Position numbers and translations under genes: made by a program. DNA of 64,000 nt from Dimorphilus gyrociliatus (taxonomy: Eukaryota > Animalia > Annelida). This document shows, in pieces, positions 53,988 to 64,000 of this stretch; the first letter of the stretch is position 1, and each line of letters opens with the position of its first letter. Below the pieces are notes generated by a model. It saw only the letters and a program-made list of their open reading frames with translations, made no database searches and was not told the origin of the DNA. The stretch covers positions 372,001-436,000 of the forward strand of contig CAJFCJ010000028.1 of NCBI GenBank assembly GCA_904063045.1, given 5' to 3'.

Positions 53988-56900
53988 TTAAATCGTCTCA
54001 GGTATAAATAAAGCTAACCTTGACATTTGGAAATTTTTTAATATTGTTAAATATTTTTTGATAATACCAAACAGAACAATGTTTAAATGTTTTAGACGAT
54101 GAAAACATAAGTTTCAATAAGTGTATCATATTCGATAGTTTCCCTCTAAGATCAGCTTCGGTTTTATAAGTTGACGACGATGTCTGGAAAGACAAAACAG
54201 AAGAGCTTTCTTAGTGGAATAGGTTGATTAAGATAGATTTAAGAACAATTTGCTAAAAATAAAATATAATAAAAATAACTGTGAGTGAAAAAATTTAATT
54301 CTAAACTGAAGAAAATCTTTGATTCTCCAAATAACTCTGTTTGTGATGAAGCTCTCAACTTAGGACGTGTATATATTAGTAATAATATTTACTTACATTA
54401 TAACACGTATACTCAGGTTCATCATTCTACAATTGGTACAATAATTATTTGACTTATAACTCTTTAGGTTCTGTTTTTTTCCCCTTAAAATATGACTTAT
54501 TACTTAATCATTTATTTTGTATATATTCATAAATAAAACCTATGTTCTGTGTGTTCTTTATTGTGCTTTATTTCTTTAGGTAATAAAAATACAAACCTCT
54601 TCAAATCTTTGTAGACTAAAGAGAGGCGGAGCTGGAAGATAAAAATCTTCAACTACCATTAAGTCTAATTCCGCTAAGGTGTTTTCTATTTCTTGACATA
54701 AACTCTTCAGAACCCATGCAACAGATTCTACTTGACAGAGAGTTGCGGCTAATAGATGATCGGATAGTGTTAATGCCAAACTTTGAGAAGCGGATTCTAC
54801 ATTTTTATCATAAATATTTTCAGTTTTCGACCTATTCAGAAGAGGTGTAACATGAGTTCTTAAAATGCTCTCCGGTGTTAGATACTCTGGGAGGATCAAT
54901 ATAGGCCTATTTGGACAAAATATTAATAATTAAGGGTGTAAATGATAACAAAATAATAACTTTTAAAACATACTTATCGTAACATATCTCTAATATCTTT
55001 TTTCTTTCTTCTAAAGCGAATCCAAGGCTAAATGACGTTTTCCAATCACCCATTTTAGAAGCAAACCAAACAGCCTCTGGTATCATACCACATAAAAGCA
55101 TGTAATCGATAACTTTGTGAGGTGTCCATAAATTACTTAATTCTTCTGATCTTATTATAGAAGAGATAACGCTATGAAACATAGGCAGAGTTCTATCAGA
55201 ACCTAAATAGAAATTAAAAAAAATAACGAATATTTATCTAAAAGAAGAATTAATAAAGACTAAAGAAATTTACTTTTCCCTTTCGCCAATAATGATGAAA
55301 TAGGCTTAGGATTTTGAGCGGGATACAAATACAATTCAGAATTTGTAAAATAAGCAGCCATAAAACGAGCCAATGACGAACAAACTTTTAGAACAGCTTC
55401 ATTTTCAATATAAACAATTGGAGTTGTTTGTTCATTTTGCTGCAATAGTAATAATATAATTAAAAAAAAATGTTTTTATATTTTAATATAATATAATTAG
55501 ATAAAAAAAACAAAAATGACCATAATAATCAAAATACAATAGCCAAAATCAAATCATTGATTAAATACTAATCGAATAAAATTAAAAATATTTTACATTT
55601 CCCTCTCTTTTCGCAAATAAATAATTATAAGTTAGAATTGTATAACTAAATAAATTGATAAATGCGTTTATAATATTGGGGATGCTTCATAGCCGATTTA
55701 AGAGATACCTTTAAAGTTTTTCTGGAAGTATTTTTTATGTTTTTCTACAAAAATAGTAAACACTCTTCTATAAAACAATGACTTTACATAGTCCTATCGT
55801 ATCTTTTTTTATTTCATTAATATTAATTGTTATTTAAATATCTTGTATTGTATGTATTAAAACTTACCTTTAAGACTATACTTAATGCTTCTAGATTTAA
55901 TTCGTCCGACTGACAAAGGGTTGCTGCCAATTTTAAATCCTTTTGCCTAATTAGTAATTCTACTAATTCTACAGCAGCTCTTAATTCGTCCTATTAAACA
56001 GTAAAGAAACAATTTTGTATTGAATCAAATTTTATTGTAATTAGATTACCTGAATGAGTAATGTATAAAGAATTGAATGTAAGACTTTAGTACGTTTTTC
56101 ATCTGAACTATCTATTTTAAACAAACTTATTTAGACAAGTTAGTAAATATCGTATGTTGTAATATGTTACCCTCTGAATGTAAACTTTGAACCCAAATAT
56201 CCATAGCCAAAGCGCTACAACCAATTAAACAATTTTCATCCGATTTTGGTATCTGAAAGCTACTTGAATCTATTTGTTTACTTAAAATTCTTTTAATCTG
56301 ATGAACATCTTCATTGCTTAATGACTCTTTATTCATTTGTAAAAAATATTCATTCAAGCTTTCCCACCAAGATTTTTTGTAGCTGTAACAATAAAATTTG
56401 ATTAAATGCAGTATGACCTTGATTTACTGAAAGATTCGAACCTAGAAGATTTTTCTTCCAATGAGTAATTTGGCATTCTTTCATATATCCTATTTGTTTG
56501 TGCATCCGTAAAAAACAAAAGAGATATATAATTTTTTATTCCACTGCCAATATCGTTAAAATTATTAAGATTTTTAAGCAAAATCTCAGAAAGGAAGATA
56601 TTTACAAAATTTCTGATATTTAAAGCAAAATTTTGATATAGGAAATCCAATTGAGCAAATGTAAACAATTGTTTATAAACTTTAAAGATTGTTAGCATCT
56701 TTCTCTTGCCAGATTTTTTTCTACTTAGCAAACATTTTAAGCAAACCATTAAAGCGTCGGATAAACATGAAAAACAATTATCAAAACCATCACACATGCC
56801 AGGTAAACTGAATAAAAAATTCCAAATATTTCTAATATTTTCAACTATTTCCCTTAATGACAATCCTTCTTCATTAAAGAATTTTGTGGAGTTTAACTCT

Positions 56901-58967
56901 TCTAAATGTGGAAATCTAATTGCTCCTAAAATTTTAACGATATCAAGTTAATTTAATCTTTATTATGTTCATAACATTCATAAATAAGAGTAAAATAGAC
57001 ATCACCTGCTGTTCCCGATTGTTCTAATAAGAAGCTATATCCACCGCCAGCCTGTTCATCAGTCATATTTTTTGGTTCAATTTCAAATTTGTAGGCGCAC
57101 TTTTCATCCATTTTCGGCATTTTTATAGTCGCGCTTTGCCATGAATTTGAGTGGTTCATGTTTTTTTGAAGTTGGGTCAGATGAGGAGACAGATAGTCCA
57201 ACATTAAAATTGGCGCATTTTTGTTCGTTAAACTCGAAGAGAATTGTAAGACAGTAGCCATATAACCGTCTGAAAACAATATGATTGGTAGTCTAGGATG
57301 GCAAGCAACAGAATACTTTTGTCGAAGAGGATCACTAGAAACAATACTTATGTCGGCATCTTCTTCATTTCTATATAAAAGAAACAATTTTAAAATTAAC
57401 AGATAAAAATGTTTATTACATACTTTAGTGCAATTCTAGGATGAAGTGCTAAAAATGGCTTTGGTCCCATAATTATAGAGCAACCAGATGTTTCAATGTT
57501 AATTAATCGTCCAAATCGACTAGAAACAAACAGTGATCCATTCTTTAGAGCACCAACGACATATATATTATCATGATTCCATTCTAATTCACAAATCCAA
57601 AAGTTTCTATAAGAATAAACCTGTCTATAATTGAGTTAATTATTAAAAATAATATTCATACGATGATTCCTGGCCAACTAGATTATTTTCGATACCGCAA
57701 TTCAATAAATCCGTCTCGTGAACAATTTGATTTTCCCAACAATAAAATAATAATTTAGTAGCTTTCGTTGACTTTTGATTAGCTCCAATTGCTAGGAAAC
57801 GAGCATCTTTCGAACAAGATGTAATATAGGCACCTCTATGCCTATTTAACTTAAGATTAAAATAATCTAAATTTCTTTCAAAATGATGAATTTTATAATC
57901 ATATTGTTCCCTTTTATCCGAAAATTGATGCCAAGTTATAAAAAATGTATGAATATTCACAATATCATGAGAATTATATGTCCAATTAATAGAACAACAC
58001 TCTCCCCTAATCTATATCGGAGGAAGAAAAAGAATAAAAAATTTCTTCTTTTTATCTTATAAAAAAACTTATTATAAATTTTAATTTAGAAAATTCTTAC
58101 TTTACAAAAAAAGAAGGAACATGATATATTATAAATGGTGTTTTTATCGATTAGGTTGGTTAAACCAGTTTTTAACTTTGTCCAACTGCAACATAATACA
58201 GTTTTCTCTTCATTTAGTACATTTTCTTGAGGTGAAGCTTGTATTAGGAATAAGATATCGTAATCTATCAGCACCAATTTTCTTGCGTCATTAGAAATGT
58301 ATAATTTTGGCTTAATGAATGTAATAGATTCTTTAGGGGGAGTAATCCATCTTAATAAGTCAGTATCTTTGTGCCAAATAAGAATATCACCTCCCACGAG
58401 AAGATAAGTTAAAAATTTACCTGAAGGTGATTTATGAGCAAAATATATAATAGTTCTTTCTGTTTATTTTTCATAAAAAAAACTCTAAATTCTATTGTTT
58501 CTATGGTTATGATTACTATAAAAATTATTATGCATTAGTTAATAATCTCTTATTAGAGTCTTTGTGTTTCAAGAAAAAAAGGCATGAATTTTTTACTTTG
58601 ACAAGATTTAATCAAACTTTTTAATGATTCATTGGATAAAATTATTGTTTTACTATTCTCTAATGTAGTATTTAAAGCTTTACTCACCGTTTGAGGAAAT
58701 TCCATAGCATAATGCTTTTTCCAGATGGGAATGCAGTTTTGGTAACTTTCTTTTTGTTTTTCCCGAAGGTAGAAAAAGAATACTTGCTCTCTGCTTATCC
58801 AATAGAACAATACTCTCTTTCTTCTGTCAAATATATATATACATCTACTTTTTAACTTTATTAAAAAAATATATATAGAATGCTACCTCTCCAACAAAAG
58901 CTAGTTTAGACCATGGTTTTTTCCGTTTTATAGCAGAAGAAGCTAGAATTTCTGCTGTTAGCTTCAT
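47639..58967 (-). CDS. CPLANE1: CPLANE1 (C5orf42/JBTS17) ciliogenesis and planar polarity effector, many exons
   Basis: MKLTAEILASSAIKRKKPWSK (human MEIRLEILTSTGIKQKKPWPR); SDPLRQKYSVACHPRLPIILFSDGY; LDWLMRWTG...ILYALWLLE; ELLEWMKVKKKE...EKHPF; terminal STGSIIDWDRIQ. Internal exon boundaries were only partly traced. Confidence 0.88.
51584..51689 (-). repeat. In-frame 33-bp tandem repeat (about 3.2 copies) in a CPLANE1 exon
   Basis: Unit gctgtgacatattagaagtaaattgaccttgat; encodes SQHQGQFTSNM-type 11-aa repeats. Confidence 0.85.
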
Positions 58968-59216
58968 TTTTGTAGTTTCGGAGGTGATATCCCTTAAGTC
59001 TCACAATTTCAACGTGTCTGAACAGATCGTAGTATTGCGAGGAAAGAAGAAAGCAAGTTTTATTCTCAGATCATACAAGAATTCGATTTATCAAATGTTC
59101 ATTTTTAAATTCTAAAGCTTTCTTTTTAAATTTAAGTAAAATATTTACAAATTTTCTAAATATTCATTCAACAAACTAAATCGGCACACGCCGGATGTTG
59201 ATAATTGCCATCAGCT

Positions 59217-59226
59217 GTCACGTGAC
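59217..59226. promoter_or_regulatory. Perfect palindromic E-box GTCACGTGAC (USF/MiT-TFE type) in the divergent CPLANE1-PHM intergenic region
   Basis: 10-bp palindrome in a CpG-rich patch about 250 nt upstream of the CPLANE1 ATG. Function not shown. Confidence 0.35.
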
Positions 59227-59887
59227 GCATTCCAGAAAAGCTATTGGCTATCTGTATGTTTTACCATTTCTTGTAGCATTCCATAAACTTGTTAAAGAGA
59301 GTATTAAAAAAAAGAAAACGAAATAAAGAATATAAATTTTTTAAGAAATAAATAGATCGTTAATATTAAATGTTAAGGAAAATTCCATTTTAAAGTGATT
59401 ATTAATAGTATTATACTGTTATTCCATTTACTTTAAATCCATATAAATTATTCACGTAAATTTTTAAAGAATTCGATAAAAACTTCACTTATTCAACTTA
59501 CAATCAATTATTTTGGTAAATAATGATGAGAAATAAACATACCACTGATAAATGGCTATACAAACTGAAAAATTTACAAGTTTAAATTAAATATAAAACT
59601 ATGTTCGTCCACTAAAATAATTAAATATGGACAATCTACTATATATTTTTATTAAAGATAAAATAATGATTAAAATGAATAAGTATATATATATTATAGA
59701 ACAAAAGAACAAATACATTTCGGAAAACGTGTTTCATTATAATAAATAAAAAGAATAAAAAATAAACGAAAAAACGACGATGAAATTTATCTGGCCGCTT
59801 ATTTGTTAATCAATATCTAGACGTCACGAACGTCTCATTTTCATAAAATATACTGTTGGTGGTATAGCCACAACAGCTAAAAGCAAA

Positions 59888-61827
59888 ATGTGGATTCTCA
59901 TCTCTCTTGCTGTTGTTTGCCTAACATCGGGGTTTGAATTTGATGTTCGAATGCCCAATGTCAAACCTCAGGAGGTATTTAATATTATAAAAATAAAACC
60001 TTAATAAAAACTTTAATGAATGATTGTTAAATTTTTCAATTTTCTTTTTTTCCAATTCTAGAGAGATACATATCTGTGTAAACAGATAAAAATGGGTGAA
60101 TTAACCGAGTACATTAGTAAGTTTCAATCTAATTTTTATTCTTCATGATTCACTTATAAATGAAATATTAATTTAGAACAATATGGAAGTATATAAAAAA
60201 AAAATAGAACTTTCTTTCCATATTTTCCTCGTTTTTATATTTTTCTTACAAAAAGAAAAGTTTCCAAAGCGAAAACAAAAAATATGCTGACAGCAAAAAT
60301 CTTGTTCGCTTCTTTTTTGTGTTTTTCTAATAAATATATAAAATTATTAGGCGAAAAATTATGGTTTTTTTGCGGTTAACGTAATTTAATGTAAACGTTA
60401 TATGATTCACATTGGACCGACCTTTCCCCGTTTATCAGTAACTTGTTGCAGGATAGGGTGCTTCCAAATCTATTTGCGGTTTAATAATTGAATTATATAT
60501 TCGTTATTTAAATTTTCTCTTTTCCTTATTCGATTAGAATTAGAAAAGAATTAAATATTTAAATGTTCTTACTCGGTGCTATCATTCTTTATCAGCCAAG
60601 TTTAGACCGCATGCTAAGGCAGCTACCGCTCACCATATGTTACTCTATTCTTGCATTGAACCAGGAAGCGATGAAGAAGTTTGGTTAGTAAAATAAAAGT
60701 TTACTAATTAAATAGCAATTTTCATTTGAAAAATTATATCAACTTACCTATGTTGTCCAAATTAGGGATTGTGGCGAAATGATGCAGAGAAAGAGTACGC
60801 ATTACAACAAGGCTCCCGTTTGTCAATCGGGATCAAAGATCATATATGCTTGGGCAATGAATGCAGGAGACTTGAAATTACCGAACGGTAAATATTTGCT
60901 TAACTTTTTTGATTGTTTCTTAAATTAATAATGACATATTTTTCAATATTTTGCAGATGTTTCTTTTGCGGTAGGTGGAAATACAGAATCTAAATATTTA
61001 GTACTACAAGTTCATTATAAGAGCGTTGAAAAATTCTTAAGTAAGCGTTCACTAAACTTACAATAATTTAATAATGAATTTATTAATAACTCATTTAATT
61101 ATGTTCATTTAGGTGGTAAATATGGAGATAATTCCGGTATAATAATAGAAGCTTCTCCAGTCCCGTAATTATTTTATTCTATATATAAATATATATTGTT
61201 TTTTTACTTTCAATTAAAATATAATTGCTTCTTTAGAACAAATCATCTGGCTGGAGTCTATCTTATGGGTACAGGTGGAGAAATTAAACCTCATTCTATC
61301 ACTTATATGGAGACCGCTTGCTTATACAAGGAACCTGAAAATGTTGTCATGTATCCTTTTGCTTATAGAGTCCATGCCCACACACATGGTAGAGTTGTTT
61401 CCGGTTATCGAATTCGGAATGGCATTTGGACTGAAATAGGACGTATGGATCCGCGCCAAGAGGAGATGTTCTACAATATTTCAAGTCCTAGAATGACAAT
61501 TAAGAGAGGAGATGTATTGGCTGCAAGATGTACAATGGAAAACTTGGATAATGATAAAACTGTTAGAATCGGGTAAGATTTACTATTAACCCTTTATTAA
61601 TTTTGAAAGATATATAACGAAATATTTCTTTTTGTAGCATGACACAGGATGATGAAATGTGCAACTTTTATATCATGTATTACTTAAATGCAAATCAAAA
61701 ATTATCCAGTGACAACTGCTGGACTCCCGGCCCACCAAATTACTATTGGAATTTCCCCGCAGCTGATGCCGTTCCCGAGTCTGCCAGCACTCATCCAAAG
61801 ACCAAGCAACATTATTCATCGAATTAA
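59888..61827 (+). CDS. Phm: Peptidylglycine alpha-hydroxylating monooxygenase (monofunctional PHM), multi-exon
   Basis: Signal peptide MWILISLAVVCLTSG; copper ligands AHHMLL, QVHY, VHAHTHG, DEMCNFY; YAWA motif. Stop at 61827 with no PAL domain following. Confidence 0.93.
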
Positions 61828-62548
61828 AGAGCCTTGTTCGAGTTTCCATCGTTTTTGAATGTTGTAATTTGCCCTTGTGTTACACAAACTAAGCCAAGCT
61901 GAGGAAGCTTCATAGGCTTAACTTACTTAAAATATATATTATGAACAGCCACAAAAATTTCCATTTTCATTGTTGATTTGTGCTCTTCCATTTGAATGTC
62001 CAGGTTTTGCTACCCTGATTAAAACAATATATATCAAACCGTTTTTGATTCGGCCTGTTGATTATTTGAAGAGCTATAATATACGACTTATTTCACTTGA
62101 ATATCCATATCTTGATAATGTTTGATTATAGTTTCTCCATGAAAAAGACATAGAACCTTATATTGATTGCCCTTTTGCATGTCCTAAAAAAAATAAAATT
62201 CTAATCACACCAATTTTCTTATCATTATTTTTTATCTATCTCTATTTGTTTATCTTTATATATCACTTCCAACTAATTAATACAAGTTCTTTAGTGCTGA
62301 GTGCTTTCGAGATGATCCTTTAACGGTTATCTTTGGATTAACTGGTTTTTATTAAAAATCAAGAGAATATTAACTGCAATGGCTCCTCCCTCAATCGGTT
62401 CTTACAACTGAACTACTAAGGAGTCCTCACGCAAGTCTAAGTGTATTTGATTTAATTGATTTGCATTGTCGCTTGAGTAAATGTACAACGAAACTACATT
62501 GTTCAAGAACATCGAAAAGAGAAAGAACGAGAAAAAATATTAAACAAA

Positions 62549-63659
62549 TTAGAGCGCTGCTCCTTCATTTGGTGCAATTTCAGTATCTTCTAAGACTTTT
62601 CGATTTGTGCAGTCATGCATGTCTTTTTCATATTTTCGTAAGTCTTCCATAGTCATTCCGACCCATTCATCGATCCAAGCATAAGCTTGTCTATGTCCTA
62701 CAAGTAGTATTTCTTGAATACATGAATGAACGTACTGCTCCACTCGAGTCTGAAAACCCCAAACTTCGAAAAAGACCTTAACAACCTTATAGGAGCACAT
62801 TATGGGCTGATGAGTTTCCCTCCAGTTTTTCTCACTAATCGGTCCACGGTTAGTCTTCTTCGACTGGAAATTCTTAGGATCTTCTTCTTTTTTGTAATGT
62901 TTATCTGGGTATTGATCATGGACAATATCTATGTGAACTATTTCGCGTTTAGCGAGATCGTCGTCTTCTAAGTTTATACAATTTTCAGTTGTTCCTGGGT
63001 TATCTTCATAAGCTGTTTCGATGGCAATAGAAAATCTTGGGAAAAAAGAGCACTGTAAAGGTAAAAATAATATAGTTACTAAAGGCAACCCAACTTTAGA
63101 TCATGAAGTAGAATATCATTTAGTACTTATTTTTAAATTTAGAACTTAAGGTCACAGATAAAGCGGAATAAAAGTTTAAGAGACCACTTGTGACCGACAT
63201 TAAAGCAACGAAAAAAAAATGAAAAAGAAACGAAAAAAATTATAATTATTACAGAATATTCTGTCACAGTAAAAGGATAATAATTCCAAGCCTTTTCAGT
63301 TACATAGAATATCTTCGGTATCATACTCTGCATCCAAGTTGGCAATTTGCTGTTTATGTTTTAGATTTAATTCAAAGAAGAGTGTGAATCATAGGAACTT
63401 ACTTTGATAAATGTATTCTTTTCTCCGTATACTGGCCATCTCCGTGTTTTGGATCATGACAAGGCTTATTTGCTATTACTTCTACACCTTGACCTTTTTC
63501 ACTCTGTTCCAGACTATGTTTTGCAATCATATATAATTGACCTATCCTGTACTGTAATGAAATGCATTTTAAATAATACAATTAAATTCTAATAATCATA
63601 ATGTTACTTACTTCTTTCACAGAAAGAGGCATGCAAATTCTGTATTCTTTCAGGAGCAT
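62549..63659 (-). CDS. PITPNC1: Cytoplasmic phosphatidylinositol transfer protein 1 (RdgB-beta)
   Basis: MLLKEYRICMPLSVKEYRIGQLYMIAKHS...GQYTEKR...FYVTEKAWNYYPFT...IMCSYKVV...GHRQAYAWIDEW. The ATG is preceded by a splice acceptor, so an upstream exon probably exists. Confidence 0.94.
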
Positions 63660-64000
63660 ACTTAAATATAGTAATCAGTTGTGTCCCGCTTAATTAACGA
63701 AATTCATATACCGTCTTGTTTACACATGACTTATTACGGTAGATCTAAAGTGATAGTGGAAATAAAAATTCTCCAGTTCTCTCACCAGCCTAAATATCGC
63801 AAAATTAAATTTAAATTAAGTAATATTATAAAATAATTGATTGAATTAAATGTTATAGCATAAAATTAACCCATTTTAAAGCTAATAAAATATGATTATA
63901 TTATAAAAAAAATACTTTTCTCCCGTTGTTTAGAGATACCCAAAAAGGAAATTACTGCTCGTTGGGAAAGACAAGAATTGCACAATATTACCCTTTCTTA

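Noticed and set aside
60400-60475. Hairpin in PHM intron 2 (TTGGA...TCCAA) as a snoRNA or alternative exon
   Set aside because: No H, ACA or C/D boxes in the right places, and the candidate cassette has a stop in the required phase.

Overview
Eukaryotic, very AT-rich, gene-dense window with mostly 50-100 nt spliceosomal introns. It looks like a compact invertebrate (lophotrochozoan-like) genome; the species cannot be determined from the sequence. Genes in order: 3' end of Ku80/XRCC5 (+), an intron-containing tRNA-Thr(CGT) (+), NWD1/2-like NACHT-WD40 protein (+), a divergent beta-tubulin (+), C10orf82/SPMIP5-like microtubule inner protein (-), a Nanchung-type TRPV channel (+), LIN7 (-), GPR89 (+), SPT2 (+), a two-domain small heat-shock protein (-), trichoplein (-), a signal-peptide JmjC/EF-hand protein ending in RDEL (+), two convergent claudin/PMP22-like genes, CPLANE1 (-), monofunctional PHM (+) and PITPNC1 (-). 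The standout is inside the TRPV gene. Between the S5 exon and the S6 exon lie four tandem homologous cassette exons (23776-23927, 24173-24321, 24854-25005, 25770-25915), all absent from the ORF track. Each encodes a complete but different pore segment (end of S5, pore helix, selectivity filter, linker to S6). All have identical splice phases, so only one-at-a-time inclusion gives an open frame. This predicts a mutually exclusive 'swappable pore' TRPV channel. All gene identities come from recalled family motifs and manual splicing, not from database searches.
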